A stretch of 59,725 nucleotides of DNA, counting the filler. It is 5 parts of 5 records of this genome, joined end to end, with 100 filler letters (N's around TTAATTAATTAA, not from the genome) between each part and the next. Parts side by side here need not be neighbours in the genome. Positions count along the whole stretch, not along the records: positions 15,504 to 24,850 come from DRR723986_14831; positions 24,951 to 31,458 come from DRR723986_14844; positions 31,559 to 47,140 come from DRR723986_14845; 2 more parts are not named here. One strand, given 5' to 3'. This document shows positions 23,106-35,889 of this stretch, piece after piece. The notes under the pieces are model-generated. The model saw nothing but the letters and a program-made list of their open reading frames with translations. It did not search any database and was not told where the DNA came from. Made by a program: the position numbers and the translations under genes. Position 1 is the first letter of the stretch. Each line of letters opens with the position of its first letter.

Positions 23106-24671
23106 ATGAGTACTAAATCCATAATGAAAAATAATGGCGTTATGCTCAATGCGTATCCAGATAGTATTGGCAATAACCTAAGCGACACTATTAAAATGTT
23201 GCAAAGACCAGAATTTAAGGATACGTTTTCATTATTCTACATACTACCAACGTTTTTTAATAGTGATTTAGATAGAGGCTTTTCCATTATTGATTATAAC
23301 ATCAACAAGGAATTAGTTTCAGAAGCCGATTTAGAAGCATTGGATAAATTGAATATTCAATTGAAATTTGATATTGTATTGAATCATTTATCGGTAGCTT
23401 CACCTCAGTTTACAGATTTACTCAAAAACGGAAAAGATTCCAAGTATAAAGACTTCTTTATCAATTGGAATAGCTTTTGGGAAGGTCATGGCACAATGAA
23501 CGATGAGGGCATCATCATTCCTAAAGAAGAAATTCTCAATAAGTTATTTATGAGAAAATCGGGTTTACCGATCTTAAAAGTACCATTTCCTGATGGTTCT
23601 AAACAACCGTATTGGAATACGTTTTATCAAAAAATAGATGAGGACAATAACATCTTGGGTCAAATGGATGTCAATGCCAACTCAGAATTGGTTTGGGATT
23701 TTTATACAGAAACGTTAGCGAAAGTAAAAAGCTATGGTTGTGAAGTTCTACGTTTAGATGCCTTTGCGTATTTACACAAGGAAGTTGGCCAAACTAACTT
23801 TTTCAATCTTCCTGGCACTTGGGATTATCTCCAGAAAATAAAAGAGATAGCTGATAAAAATAATTTAAAGCTTTTGCCAGAAATTCACGCAGAATACGGC
23901 TCGTATTTACATAAAGAAGTAGCAGAGCATGGCTATCAAATTTACGACTTCTTTTTGCCAGGACTTATAATTCATACGTTAGAAAAAGCAAATAATCAAG
24001 CCCTGATAAATTGGGCAAACGAGATTATTGAAAACGGTTACCACACCGTAAATATGTTAGGTTGCCACGATGGCATTCCTGTGTTGGATTTAAAAGGAAA
24101 AGAAATCCAAGGTTCCTACAACGAAGGATTACTTACAGATGAAGAGATCGAAGATTTAATGAACCTTATCCTCAATCGAGGTGGCCGTGTAAAAAACCTG
24201 TATGATTCCGAAGGAAATAAAATTTCATATTATCAAGTCAATGCCACCTACTTTAGTGCATTGGGCGAAGATGAACAAAAATTATTATTAGCAAGAGCTA
24301 TTCAATTGTTTATGCCAGGAATACCACAAATATGGTACCTCGATATTTTTGCAGGAAAGAATAATTATAAAGCTGCAGATGAAGCTGGAGATGGAGGACA
24401 TAAAGAAATTAATAGAACAACATTATCTCTTAAAGATATTGAAAATGGTCTTAAAACTGATGTAGTGAATAATCAGCTTATGCTAATTAAATTAAGAAAT
24501 ACATCTAAAGCTTTTGGTGGAGCAATAAAAATTAATGACGTAGCTGAAAATTTAATAGATATACTATGGAGCAACGGAAATGATTTCGCACATTTGAAAG
24601 CAAACCTTATAACCTTTAAATTTTCTATTTCTTATTCTGAATCTGGTATAAATTACGTGAAGCATTTTTAG
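23106..24671 (+). CDS. Sucrose phosphorylase-like glycoside hydrolase (GH13_18)
   Basis: MLNAYPDS, RLDAFAY, LPEIH, CHDGIPVLD, YQVNATYFSAL and PGIPQIWY. Confidence 0.88.
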   Translation: MSTKSIMKNNGVMLNAYPDSIGNNLSDTIKMLQRPEFKDTFSLFYILPTFFNSDLDRGFSIIDYNINKELVSEADLEALDKLNIQLKFDIVLNHLSVASPQFTDLLKNGKDSKYKDFFINWNSFWEGHGTMNDEGIIIPKEEILNKLFMRKSGLPILKVPFPDGSKQPYWNTFYQKIDEDNNILGQMDVNANSELVWDFYTETLAKVKSYGCEVLRLDAFAYLHKEVGQTNFFNLPGTWDYLQKIKEIADKNNLKLLPEIHAEYGSYLHKEVAEHGYQIYDFFLPGLIIHTLEKANNQALINWANEIIENGYHTVNMLGCHDGIPVLDLKGKEIQGSYNEGLLTDEEIEDLMNLILNRGGRVKNLYDSEGNKISYYQVNATYFSALGEDEQKLLLARAIQLFMPGIPQIWYLDIFAGKNNYKAADEAGDGGHKEINRTTLSLKDIENGLKTDVVNNQLMLIKLRNTSKAFGGAIKINDVAENLIDILWSNGNDFAHLKANLITFKFSISYSESGINYVKHF

Positions 24672-24824
24672 TAATTGGATGAAACTTAATTATTTAATTT
24701 TACATGCCATTCCACACACATTTTCCTCCACTCCTCCATCCTTTCAGAAAAGAGTGTTTCATTAACTGAGTAAATAAACATTAGATTAGAAAAAAATAAA
24801 GAAAAATATTATTTAACATGCGCT

Positions 24825-24850
24825 TTTAACCAAAGCCCATGTTGTACATA
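24825..24850 (+). repeat. 26-nt terminal direct repeat, copy 2
   Basis: Identical to 15504-15529. Confidence 0.95.
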
Positions 24851-24950
24851 NNNNNNNNNNNNNNNNNNNNNNNNNNNNNNNNNNNNNNNNNNNNTTAATT
24901 AATTAANNNNNNNNNNNNNNNNNNNNNNNNNNNNNNNNNNNNNNNNNNNN
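24851..24950. other. Artificial contig linker
   Basis: N run with TTAATTAATTAA. Confidence 0.99.
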
Positions 24951-26069
24951 CAGCGCCAGCGCGACCGAGATGCCGCCCTTGAGGCCTCCCCATGTCATGA
25001 TCGGGATAACGCCGGGGGAAAAGGCGCGGAAGGGCGATAGCGCAAAGATCGGGATCGCCACGGCCGCCAGCCGCGCCACAAGCGCCAGCGCGATGGCGGC
25101 AGCACCGGTCATCAACACGTTGCCAGAGAACGCCACCGCAAAGACCTCGAAGCCGATCAGCAGGAAGAGGACGGCATTCAGAATCTCGTCGATCAGGGTC
25201 CAGAAACTGTCCACATGGGCGCGGGTTTCCTCGCTCATCCCGCCCTTGGGGCCCGTGTGGCCAATCAGCAGCCCGGCCACGACGGCCATGATCGGGGCAG
25301 AGACATGCAGCCAGATGGCCAGCTCATAGCCGCCAAAGGCAAGGCCAAGGGTCAAGAGAACCTCCAGCGAGGGATCGTCGATCCGGCGCATGACCCGGAA
25401 GGTCAGCCAGCCGAGAGCGGCACCTAGCACGGCCCCGCCAAATGCCTCTTGCGCGAACAGCACCGCCGCGTCCGACAGGCCGCTGCCGCCGTGATGGTCG
25501 CCGCCATGAGAAAAGGCGATGCCCACAAGGACGAGAAAGACCACATAGCCCACCCCGTCATTGAACAGGCTTTCGCCCGCGATCTTGGTTTCCAGCGTTT
25601 TTTGCAGATTTGCGGCGCGCAGCACCCCCAGAACGGCAACCGGATCAGTGGGGGTGACGATGACGCCGAAGACGAGCGCAACCAGCAGCGGCATTCCGGT
25701 GATCCACGAAAACCCCACCCCGATGATGACGGTCGACAGACCCACGCCGATGGTCGCCATCAAGGCAACCACCTTCCATTCCGCGCGCAGGTCTTCCAGT
25801 TTCACATGCAGCGCGCCTGCAAAAAGCAGAAGCCCCAGCATCCCTTCCAGCAGCGCTTCGGAAAAGTCGATCTCGGAAATCAGCAGCCGCAACTGATCAT
25901 CAATGCCAAAGCGGGGCAGCACGGCGTCCAGCCCCATCACCACCAGCGAGGCCACAAGCGCCACCACCATGATGCCAATCGCAGCGGGAAGGCGCAGATA
26001 GAGGTAATTCACAGCTCCGAAGGCACCGGCCAGCACGATGAGAAGCGAGGTGATCTGAAGAAGCGACAT
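24951..26069 (-). CDS. Na+/H+ antiporter, CPA1/NhaP family (3' truncated)
   Basis: PTDPVAV, GESLFNDG and WGGLKGGISVALAL. Confidence 0.92.
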
Positions 26070-26182
26070 TTTGGCGGTCCTGAAGAATGGCTTTGCACGT
26101 TGGGTAGCACGCGTCGGCAACGCTTGACACTGCCCATGGGTCGGGTCTTGTGGGCAGATGGTTCACTTGTGAAGGACAAGGG

Positions 26183-27079
26183 ATGGAGCGCAAGACCTCA
26201 CTCGACATGTTCGGGATGCTGTCCCTGACCGGGTTCGCAATGCTGCTGGGCATCAATCAGGTTGCGATCAAGCTGGGCAATACCGGGTTGCAGCCGGTGT
26301 TCATGGCGGGCATCCGGTCGCTGGGCGCGTTGCTGGTATTGCTGTTGTGGATGCGCCTGCGGGGGGTGGAGTTTCGCATTCGTCCCGGCACCGTGCCCTC
26401 TGGCGTGCTGATGGGGCTGCTATTCTCCATCGAGTTCAGCTGTCTCTTTTTCGCGTTGGACTGGACCACGGTCGCGCGCACCTCGATCCTGTTTTACACC
26501 ATGCCCGTCTGGCTGGGGTTCGCCGGGCATTTCCTGTTGGACGGCGACCGGCTGACACCGCTGAAACTGGCCGGGCAGGGGCTGGCGGTTCTGGGTGTGG
26601 CCATAGCTGTCCTGGATCGCGGCGGATCGGGGGAGGCCACGCTTCTGGGCGACGCATTGGCACTTTGTGCCGCGATGTGTTGGGCGGGAATAGCCCTGTT
26701 GGCGCGTGTCGCCCCGGTCAGCAAGACCCGGCCCGAGATGCAGCTGTTCTGGCAATTGGTGATCTCGGCCCCGGCTTTGCTGATCCTGTCGCTGTGGTTC
26801 GGCCCCTTCGTTCGGGATTTTCAGGTCTATCACATGGGGCTGTTGATCTTTCAGATCGTCTGCATCGCCTCGATGGGGTTCTTGTTCTGGTTCTGGCTCT
26901 TGTCCATCTACCCGGCGTCCAGCGTCGCGTCGTTCAGCTTTCTGACGCCGATCCTGGGCGTTGTGCTGGGATGGGCCCTGTTGGGCGAGACGCTGGGCCC
27001 CAGCATCCTGATATCCCTCCTGCTGGTCTGTGCCGGGCTGGTGCTGATCAACCGGCCACGCGCAAATCGGCCCAGATAG
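26183..27079 (+). CDS. DMT/EamA-family transporter
   Basis: Two EamA repeats with ~10 TM segments. Confidence 0.88.
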   Translation: MERKTSLDMFGMLSLTGFAMLLGINQVAIKLGNTGLQPVFMAGIRSLGALLVLLLWMRLRGVEFRIRPGTVPSGVLMGLLFSIEFSCLFFALDWTTVARTSILFYTMPVWLGFAGHFLLDGDRLTPLKLAGQGLAVLGVAIAVLDRGGSGEATLLGDALALCAAMCWAGIALLARVAPVSKTRPEMQLFWQLVISAPALLILSLWFGPFVRDFQVYHMGLLIFQIVCIASMGFLFWFWLLSIYPASSVASFSFLTPILGVVLGWALLGETLGPSILISLLLVCAGLVLINRPRANRPR

Positions 27080-27770
27080 GCAGGTGGTCCGAAGCGCGGC
27101 CCGCCTCGCCCGATCGGCAGGTTCCCATATCTGACACGGCAATTCCCGGCCCGGTCGCCACCCGGTCCAGCGCGGCGACAAGGCGGCGGGCGTGAAAAGA
27201 GCGGCCGGGGCTGTGGACGGTAAAGAACGGGTCCAAGGGCGCGAATCCTTCGTGAGGGGCCCATTCGTTCAGATCACCAAGCAACACCGTCGGCATGTCT
27301 GCCCGCAGGTTCAGCGCCGCCATGATCTGGGTCATCTGACGCTGGCGATCACGGCGGCGCAGGCCCAGATGCGTGGCCACCACCCTCAGCGGGCCATTCG
27401 GGCCAGACAGATCGGCAATCAGCGCGCCGCGCGGTTCCAGCCCCGGCAGAGGCAGCCGGTGCAGATCATCCATCCGCCAGCCAGCGGCCAGCAACAAGCC
27501 GTTCCCGTGCCAGCCGAGGCTGACCGCCGTAAGCGCAACCGGGGCAGGGGTCAGCCCGGTTTCCGCGTCAATCACCTCTCGGGGCAGGGCCGTGGGGCGC
27601 GGTGGCAGGCGCTTGTCGATCTCTTGCACTGCGACCACTTCCGCGCCAAGCCCTGCCAGCACCCGCGCCACCCGATGTGGGTCGCGACGGCGGTCGAGGC
27701 CGACGCATTTATGCAGGTTGTAGCTGGCGACACGGATCAGGCCGGAGGCTTTCGCGGGGGGATAAGGCAT
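27048..27770 (-). CDS. Endonuclease/exonuclease/phosphatase family protein
   Basis: ASYNLH, QE, THLGL, GDLNEW and ASDHLP motifs. Confidence 0.9.
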   Translation of the reverse strand: MPYPPAKASGLIRVASYNLHKCVGLDRRRDPHRVARVLAGLGAEVVAVQEIDKRLPPRPTALPREVIDAETGLTPAPVALTAVSLGWHGNGLLLAAGWRMDDLHRLPLPGLEPRGALIADLSGPNGPLRVVATHLGLRRRDRQRQMTQIMAALNLRADMPTVLLGDLNEWAPHEGFAPLDPFFTVHSPGRSFHARRLVAALDRVATGPGIAVSDMGTCRSGEAGRASDHLPIWADLRVAG

Positions 27771-27867
27771 GGGAACAGTTTGCCCGGCCCGGCCCGCTGC
27801 GCAAGCCCTGCCATTGCGTCCGGGCGCCGGACGCCTATCTTTGAATGATATCCAAGGAGTGCAGCTG

Positions 27868-28515
27868 ATGCAGGCGCTCAGAAACCAAAGCCGACTGACC
27901 TACCTTATCTGGGGCGGTCTGGCGCTGGAAATAGTGGCGGCGCTGATCACCGGGCGCTGGACGGCGGCCTTCGTGGCCTTCGGAACTCTGTCCCTGTCGA
28001 TGACACCGCTGTTCCTGGCGTCGCGTCTGCATATCCGCCTGCCGCGCAGCATCGTTGCGGTGGCCGTTCTTTTCGTTTTCGCAACGCTGTTTCTGGGCGA
28101 GGTCTTTGACTTCTACGAAAGGCTCTGGTGGTGGGACGTTGCGCTGCACGGGCTGTCTGCCGTGGGTTTCGGCATCGCCGGGTTCCTGTTTGTCTTCATC
28201 CTGTTCGAAGGCGACCGCTATGCCGCGCCGCCATGGGCCATGGGGCTGTTGGGGGCCTCTATCGGGATCATGATCGGGGTCTTATGGGAAATCTTCGAGT
28301 TCGCCATGGACCAGGCTTTCGGCCTCAACATGCAGAAATCGGGCCTGCCCGACACGATGGGCGATCTGATCGTCGATGTGATCGGCGCGAGCTTTGGCGG
28401 CACCATGGGCGGGCTTTACCTGCGCGGTCTGGCGCATGGCACGATTTCAGCACTGGTTGACGAGTTCGTATCCCTGAACAGCCGGTTTTTCAGCCGCTTT
28501 CGCCGCAAGCGCTAA
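27868..28515 (+). CDS. Conserved membrane protein
   Basis: Multi-TM with [15 protein letters not shown] and DTMGDL motifs. Confidence 0.75.
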   Translation: MQALRNQSRLTYLIWGGLALEIVAALITGRWTAAFVAFGTLSLSMTPLFLASRLHIRLPRSIVAVAVLFVFATLFLGEVFDFYERLWWWDVALHGLSAVGFGIAGFLFVFILFEGDRYAAPPWAMGLLGASIGIMIGVLWEIFEFAMDQAFGLNMQKSGLPDTMGDLIVDVIGASFGGTMGGLYLRGLAHGTISALVDEFVSLNSRFFSRFRRKR

Positions 28516-29939
28516 GTGCCGCAGAAGGTGGCCTGGACGATTTCCTCTGGCGCTGGCGCGGTTATCAGGTCGGCGTGATCGGGTTGATCGTCGAACGGGT
28601 GTGCAAGCACGGCAGTCAGGCGTTCAAACGGGGCAAAGTCGCCGCCGACGGCTGCTGCAATCGCCTCCTCCACCCGATGATTGCGCGGAATGAAGGCGGG
28701 GTTTGCGGCCTGCATCCGCGCCACGCGATCCGTGGTCAGGATGCGCGACTGCCAGCGGGGCAACCAGGCGTCAAACTGGGCGGGATCGCTGAATTCCGCC
28801 CGCGCGTTTTCGGGAGCGTCGCCTGACAAGGCTCTGAAAACTCGCGTAAAATCAGCCTCACCCTTGGCCATGCGCATCAGCAGGTCATAGGTGAGCGCGA
28901 CGTCTTCTTCCTCTGTCTGGGCCAGTCCCAGCTTGGCGGTGAACTCTGCCTCCCATGCTGCGCCAAAGAGGTCGGCAAAACCTTCGATCACTCGCGTCGC
29001 GACGTCCACAGCGTCCTTGTGGGCCATGCCCATGATCGGCAACAGCGCCGTGGCGAATTGCGCCAGGTTCCAGACCGCAATCTCGGGCTGCTTGCGATAG
29101 GCATAGCGCCCCATCCGGTCGATGGAGGAAAACACCGTGTCGGGGTGATAGGCATCCATGAACGCGCAGGGACCATAGTCGATGGTCTCGCCCGCGATGG
29201 ACATGTTGTCGGTGTTCATCACCCCATGAATGAAGCCCACCCCCATCCATTTCGCAATCAGCCGCGCCTGCGCCGCTACCACCGCAGACAGCAGGTCAAG
29301 CGGCGTTTCCGCGTCCGGGTAGTGGCGGGCGATAACGTGATCCGTCAGCGCTTTCAGCGCCTCCTCATCGCCACGTGCGGCGAAAAACTGGAAGGTGCCG
29401 ACGCGGATATGGGAACTGGCGACACGGGTCAGAACGGCACCGGGCAACACCCGTTCGCGATAGACCTGCTCACCTGTTGCGACCGCTGCCAGGGCGCGTG
29501 TGGTGGGAATGCCGAGCGCGTGCATCGCCTCGCTGACCACGTATTCGCGCAGGACCGGACCCAGCCACGCGCGCCCGTCGCCCCGGCGGGAAAACGGCGT
29601 AGGGCCCGAACCTTTGAGCTGGATATCGCGACGGATGCCGGCTTGGTCGATCACCTCGCCGAGCAGCACTGCCCGCCCGTCGCCAAGCTGCGGCACCCAG
29701 CCGCCGAACTGGTGACCCGCATAGGCCTGCGCCAGCGGTGCGGCGCCATCGGGCACCTGATTGCCAGCCAGCATGGCAATACCGTCAGGCGTGGTTAACG
29801 CCGCCGGGTCAAGGCCGAGATCCCGCGCAAGGCCGTCGTTGACCTTGATCAGCGAAGGCGCGCGCACCGGCGTCGGCGCGAGGGGGGCGAAAAAGCGGTC
29901 GGGCAGGCGGGCATAGGAATTGTCGAAGGCGATGTGCAT
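28512..29939 (-). CDS. ydiU: Protein adenylyltransferase SelO/YdiU
   Basis: [34 protein letters not shown] and C-terminal TFCGT. Confidence 0.95.
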   Translation of the reverse strand: MHIAFDNSYARLPDRFFAPLAPTPVRAPSLIKVNDGLARDLGLDPAALTTPDGIAMLAGNQVPDGAAPLAQAYAGHQFGGWVPQLGDGRAVLLGEVIDQAGIRRDIQLKGSGPTPFSRRGDGRAWLGPVLREYVVSEAMHALGIPTTRALAAVATGEQVYRERVLPGAVLTRVASSHIRVGTFQFFAARGDEEALKALTDHVIARHYPDAETPLDLLSAVVAAQARLIAKWMGVGFIHGVMNTDNMSIAGETIDYGPCAFMDAYHPDTVFSSIDRMGRYAYRKQPEIAVWNLAQFATALLPIMGMAHKDAVDVATRVIEGFADLFGAAWEAEFTAKLGLAQTEEEDVALTYDLLMRMAKGEADFTRVFRALSGDAPENARAEFSDPAQFDAWLPRWQSRILTTDRVARMQAANPAFIPRNHRVEEAIAAAVGGDFAPFERLTAVLAHPFDDQPDHADLITAPAPEEIVQATFCGT

Positions 29940-29965
29940 GGGGGTGTCCTCTTACCTTGCCATAG

Positions 29966-30439
29966 TTAATGTCCCTCGGGCGCAATGCCAGAGGGCAGAA
30001 GGCAGGACATCAGGTCATATCCCATGAAACTTTCGAACCCGAGCCGCGCATAGAGCCGGCGCGCGCCGTCATTGTCTGGGGCCACGTCCAGATGGATGGC
30101 CACAAGATGTTCGTCCTTTGCCCAGTCCAGAAACGCGGTTAACGCCTCTGCCCCAAGGCCTTTGCCCCTATGGTCGGGGGCAACGAAGATTTCGCCGATC
30201 GCCGCTTCGCGCCCGCCAAGTTCGATGGAGTAGCCGAAGGCGATGGCGAGGTATCCGGCGGGCTGACCATCCTGTTCAATCAGCCATATCCGGCCCCGGT
30301 CTGGATGTTCCAACAGCCCGAGAAGCGTGTTGGACAGGGCCTTGCCAGATCGCGGGGTAATCCCTTCATGGGCGTGATAGGACGCGACGAGGGGCAGCAG
30401 GATGTGCAGATCGGCAGAGGTCGCAAGCCGCAGAGTCAT
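29966..30439 (-). CDS. GNAT-family N-acetyltransferase
   Basis: VAPDHRGKGLG acetyl-CoA motif and LYARLGF. ATGA overlap with the upstream gene. Confidence 0.88.
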   Translation of the reverse strand: MTLRLATSADLHILLPLVASYHAHEGITPRSGKALSNTLLGLLEHPDRGRIWLIEQDGQPAGYLAIAFGYSIELGGREAAIGEIFVAPDHRGKGLGAEALTAFLDWAKDEHLVAIHLDVAPDNDGARRLYARLGFESFMGYDLMSCLLPSGIAPEGH

Positions 30440-31374
30440 AGCCTTGCAATGCGTTCGGTCAGCAGCGCGAAAAACCCGTCGGCGTCGATGCCCCCCATGA
30501 ACATCGCATTGGGCGCGCGGTCGGTCACGCGCCACCAGTCGGCGACGGTCATGCCACGGGTCAGGTCGGATTGGGTTTCAATCTCTACATTGATGTGCCG
30601 CCCGGTGAACAGATCGGGGCGGATCAGGTAGGCGATCACCGTTGGGTCATGCAGCGGCGCCCCGGCAGAGCCGTATTTTTCCTTGTCGAAGCGTTCGAAG
30701 AAATCGGTCCATTCCGCAACGACGCGGCCGGGGGTCGTGCCGAGATTGCGAAAGGCTTCGTTTCGGGGGGCGGTGACCAAAGCCTTGTGGGTGACGTCCA
30801 GCGGCATGACCACGATGGGAATGCCGGATTTGAACACGATATCAGCCGCTTCCGGATCGACGTAAATGTTGAACTCTGCGGCTGGCGTGATGTTGCCGAC
30901 CTGAAAATACGCGCCGCCCATCAGCACGATCTCCTGAACCTTGGCGGCGATATCGGGGGCTTTTTGCAGGGCCGTTGCAATATTCGTCAGTGGCCCAAGC
31001 GGGCAAAGCGTGACCGTGCGGGAGGGCTCCGCGCGCAGGGTTTCGATGATGAAATCAACGGCGTGTTGGTCTTGCAGCGTCATCTTTGGTTCCGGCAGGT
31101 CCGGGCCGTCCAGACCGGTCTTGCCATGCACATGTTCCGCCGTCACCAGCGTGTGTGCCAGCGGCCTGTCGCACCCCGCGAATACCTTGATCTCGGACCG
31201 GCCTGCCACCTCGCAGACCTTGCGGGCGTTCTTGGCCGTCAGTTCCAAAGGTACGTTGCCAGCGACGGCGGTGATGCCCAGAACCTCGATATCCTCGGGG
31301 CTGGCCAGCGCCAGAAGGATGGCAACTGCGTCGTCCTGACCGGGATCTGTGTCGATGATGATCTTGCGGGGCAT
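30436..31374 (-). CDS. Nucleoside hydrolase (IU-NH family)
   Basis: DTDPGQDDA, GNITPAAEFN and LHDP. Confidence 0.95.
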   Translation of the reverse strand: MPRKIIIDTDPGQDDAVAILLALASPEDIEVLGITAVAGNVPLELTAKNARKVCEVAGRSEIKVFAGCDRPLAHTLVTAEHVHGKTGLDGPDLPEPKMTLQDQHAVDFIIETLRAEPSRTVTLCPLGPLTNIATALQKAPDIAAKVQEIVLMGGAYFQVGNITPAAEFNIYVDPEAADIVFKSGIPIVVMPLDVTHKALVTAPRNEAFRNLGTTPGRVVAEWTDFFERFDKEKYGSAGAPLHDPTVIAYLIRPDLFTGRHINVEIETQSDLTRGMTVADWWRVTDRAPNAMFMGGIDADGFFALLTERIARL

Positions 31375-31458
31375 GGAACCTCCTGATGCGCGCGAGGTGC
31401 CAGATTATCCATGGGCGCGCGGTTTGCAACGCCTCCGGCGGGAGTATTTGGACCAAGA

Positions 31459-31558
31459 NNNNNNNNNNNNNNNNNNNNNNNNNNNNNNNNNNNNNNNNNN
31501 NNTTAATTAATTAANNNNNNNNNNNNNNNNNNNNNNNNNNNNNNNNNNNNNNNNNNNN
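31459..31558. other. Artificial contig linker
   Basis: N run with TTAATTAATTAA. Confidence 0.99.
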
Positions 31559-32489
31559 CCAGCGCCTGCCGGTGCTCAGAGCCCGGCAGGCAGGCCAGCA
31601 GGTCTCTCGCGATCTGCGCCTGCTCTTTTGCCTTTGTCATGGTGTATTCGATGGCACCGGACGCCTTCACGATATCCAGTACTTTCGGCAGGTCATCCAG
31701 CCCTCCCTTCCGGATGGCCTGGCGGATCAGCTGCCTTTCGGCTTCGCTACCATTGGCCATGGCGTAGATCAGCGGCAGGGTGGTTTTGCCTTCCGCCAGG
31801 TCGTCTCCCACGTTCTTGCCCATGGTTTCGGCATCGCCCTGATAATCGAGAACGTCATCAACCAGCTGGAATGCCAGCCCGAGGTGTTTGCCATAGTCTT
31901 TCAGGGCATTTTCCTGTTCCGCGCTGGCTCCGGCCAGCAGGGCGCCCGTGTGGGACGCGGCTTCAAACAGCATGGCGGTCTTGTTGTGGATAACGACCAT
32001 ATACTGGTCTTCGCTCAAGTCCGGGTTCTTCACATTCATCAGCTGCATGACCTCGCCCTCGGCAATAACGGCCGTGGCGTGCGACAGCACGTTCATGATC
32101 GGCAGGCTCTGCAGCTCGACCATCATTTCGAAGGCCCGGGCATAGAGGAAATCGCCGACCAGAACGCTGGGCGCGTTGCCCCATTTTGCGTTGGCTGTGC
32201 TGCGGCCGCGGCGCAAATCGGAGGTGTCTACCACATCGTCGTGCAGCAGGGTGGCGGTATGAAGGAATTCAATCACAGCAGCCAGCTTCAGATGATCGTC
32301 TTTCTGGTAGCCGGCGGCCTGGCTGGCCAGGAGAACCAGCAAAGGTCGCAGGCGTTTGCCGCCGCTTTCGATAATGTACTGGGCGATTTTCTCAACCAGC
32401 GGGACATCGGAAGCGAGCCGCTTGATGATAAGGTCGTTAACGCGGCTGAAATCATCCGCTACGGTGTCGTAGATGCGCTGGGCTGTCAT
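31559..32489 (-). CDS. ispB: Octaprenyl diphosphate synthase (3' truncated)
   Basis: GGKRLRP, LHDDVVD and FQLVDDVLD. Divergent from rplU. Confidence 0.95.
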
Positions 32490-32730
32490 CGGGCCGGTAA
32501 GTCCCTTGCTGGTGTTTTCGTTGAGTTTTCGGGGAGGTCGCGGCAATGCTAGGTATTGCTGCTTACAGTGTCAACTTGAGCCGGAATCCGGCTTGTATTG
32601 GTCGACGGGTTTTCGTACAATCACGCGCCCAACTCATCCCAACCTGCGCTCCCTGCAATAGGGTCGCCAGAGCGCTTCCCTTAGAACCAGGTGGATAAGA
32701 GCAGGGATGGGTCAATCGCGGAGACTATGA

Positions 32731-33042
32731 ATGTACGCAGTTATTGTTAGCGGTGGTAAGCAGCACCGTGTAAAAGAAGGCGAAACTCTGAAGCTGGAAA
32801 AGCTGGAAGTTGAAACCGGCGGTTCCGTTGAGTTTGATCGTGTTCTTCTGGTTGCCAATGGCGACGACGTAAAAGTTGGCGCTCCGGTTGTTGAAGGTGC
32901 CAAGGTGACCGCAGAAGTGGTTAGCCACGGTCGTCACGACAAAGTGAACATCATCAAGTTCCGTCGTCGTAAGCATCACATGAAGCGTCAGGGCCACCGT
33001 CAGTGGTTTACTGAAGTCAAGATCACGGGTATCCAGGGCTAA
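32731..33042 (+). CDS. rplU: 50S ribosomal protein L21
   Basis: [11 protein letters not shown]...GHRQWFT. Confidence 0.98.
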   Translation: MYAVIVSGGKQHRVKEGETLKLEKLEVETGGSVEFDRVLLVANGDDVKVGAPVVEGAKVTAEVVSHGRHDKVNIIKFRRRKHHMKRQGHRQWFTEVKITGIQG

Positions 33043-33077
33043 GCCCTCGAATAACCCCTTAATGAAGGAGGCTGGTA

Positions 33078-33338
33078 ATGGCTCATAAAAAGGCAGCAGG
33101 TAGTACCCGTAACGGTCGCGATTCCGAGTCGAAACGACTTGGTGTCAAGCGCTACGGTGGCGAGTCTGTATCTGCAGGCAGCATCATCGTTCGTCAGCGT
33201 GGCACCCGTTTCCACGCTGGCAGCAACGTAGGCATTGGCAAGGACCACACCCTGTTCGCGAAAGCGGAAGGTCAGGTGAAGTTCGAAACCAAAGGCCCGC
33301 AGAACCGCAAGTTCGTAAGCATCGTTCCGGCTGCGTAA
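33078..33338 (+). CDS. rpmA: 50S ribosomal protein L27
   Basis: [16 protein letters not shown]. Confidence 0.98.
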   Translation: MAHKKAAGSTRNGRDSESKRLGVKRYGGESVSAGSIIVRQRGTRFHAGSNVGIGKDHTLFAKAEGQVKFETKGPQNRKFVSIVPAA

Positions 33339-33387
33339 GCAGCGGCGATCCGGTTCTGTTGAACCTTGGGTTTGCCTGATATGCTGA

Positions 33388-34668
<1,281 letters not shown>

Positions 34669-34698
34669 CTCACTAACGGAAGAGACTGTAGCGCTATC

Positions 34699-35823
34699 AT
34701 GAGTGAACGCCTTCAGCTTCGACAGGCCCGCCGTCTGGTGGTCAAGATCGGTAGTGCCTTGCTGACCAATGATGGCAAAGGTCTGGATGTGGCCGCGTTG
34801 GGGTTGTGGGTAGATCAGATCGCCGAGCTGATTGCCGAAGGGGTGGAGGTGGTGGTGGTGTCCTCCGGCTCGGTCGCCGAAGGCATGAGTCGCCTTGGTT
34901 GGACAGTTCGCCCCCAGCACTTGCACGAGTTGCAGGCTGCGGCTGCTGTGGGGCAGATGGGGCTTGTGCAGACCTGGGAGGCCCAGTTCAAGCGCCATGA
35001 TATCCATACGGCGCAGATTCTGCTGACCCACGACGACCTCTCCGACCGCAAGCGTTACCTGAACGGCCGCAGTACCCTGCGTACGTTGCTGGATTACGGT
35101 GTGGTGCCGATCGTGAACGAGAACGATACGGTGGTGACCGACGAGATCCGCTTTGGTGATAACGACACCCTGGGTGCGCTGGTGGCTAATCTGATTGAGG
35201 CGGATGGTCTGATTATTCTGACCGATCAGGTGGGGTTGTTTAATAAAGACCCCCGCAAGCACGGCGATGCCGTGCTTGTGACCGAGCGCAGGGCGGAAGA
35301 TCGCGAGCTGGATGCCATGGCCGGCGGTGGTGCCGGAGCGCTCGGGCGCGGTGGTATGCAGACCAAGCTGAGGGCGGCCCGGTTAGCGGCCCGCTCAGGC
35401 GCGTTTACGGTGATTGTTGGTGGCCGGATTGAGCATGTGATTGCCCGATTACGCCAGGGTGATGTGATTGGTACCTTGCTGTTGCCGGAGCAGGGGCGGC
35501 TGGCGGCCAGAAAGCAGTGGATTGCCAGTCACTTGCAAACCCGGGGCAAGCTCACGCTGGATGATGGTGCGGTGAAGGTGTTGCGCCAGGGTGGACGGAG
35601 TCTGTTGCCGGTGGGTGTGAAGGCTGTGTCCGGGCAGTTCCGGAGGGGGGAGATGGTCTCCTGTGTCGATCTGACTGGCAAAGAAATCGCGCGGGGGCTG
35701 GTTAACTATGATGCTGATGAAGCCAGGGCCATCTCGGGCCGGTCCAGTGATCGCATTAATGATGTTCTGGGTTATGTGTCCGATGAGGAGATGATCCATC
35801 GGGATAATCTGGTGGTGGTTTGA
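34699..35823 (+). CDS. proB: Glutamate 5-kinase
   Basis: VVKIGS, NENDTV, FGDND and PUA domain. Confidence 0.97.
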   Translation: MSERLQLRQARRLVVKIGSALLTNDGKGLDVAALGLWVDQIAELIAEGVEVVVVSSGSVAEGMSRLGWTVRPQHLHELQAAAAVGQMGLVQTWEAQFKRHDIHTAQILLTHDDLSDRKRYLNGRSTLRTLLDYGVVPIVNENDTVVTDEIRFGDNDTLGALVANLIEADGLIILTDQVGLFNKDPRKHGDAVLVTERRAEDRELDAMAGGGAGALGRGGMQTKLRAARLAARSGAFTVIVGGRIEHVIARLRQGDVIGTLLLPEQGRLAARKQWIASHLQTRGKLTLDDGAVKVLRQGGRSLLPVGVKAVSGQFRRGEMVSCVDLTGKEIARGLVNYDADEARAISGRSSDRINDVLGYVSDEEMIHRDNLVVV

Positions 35824-35845
35824 TCTTTTTCGCTTGATTCAGACA

Positions 35846-35877
35846 CAAAAAAACCGGCTGATTAGCCGGTTTTTTTA
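35846..35877. terminator. Bidirectional intrinsic terminator between proB and rpsT
   Basis: AAAAAAACCGGCT GATT AGCCGGTTTTTTT. Confidence 0.85.
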
Positions 35878-35889
35878 TTTCGCACAGAA

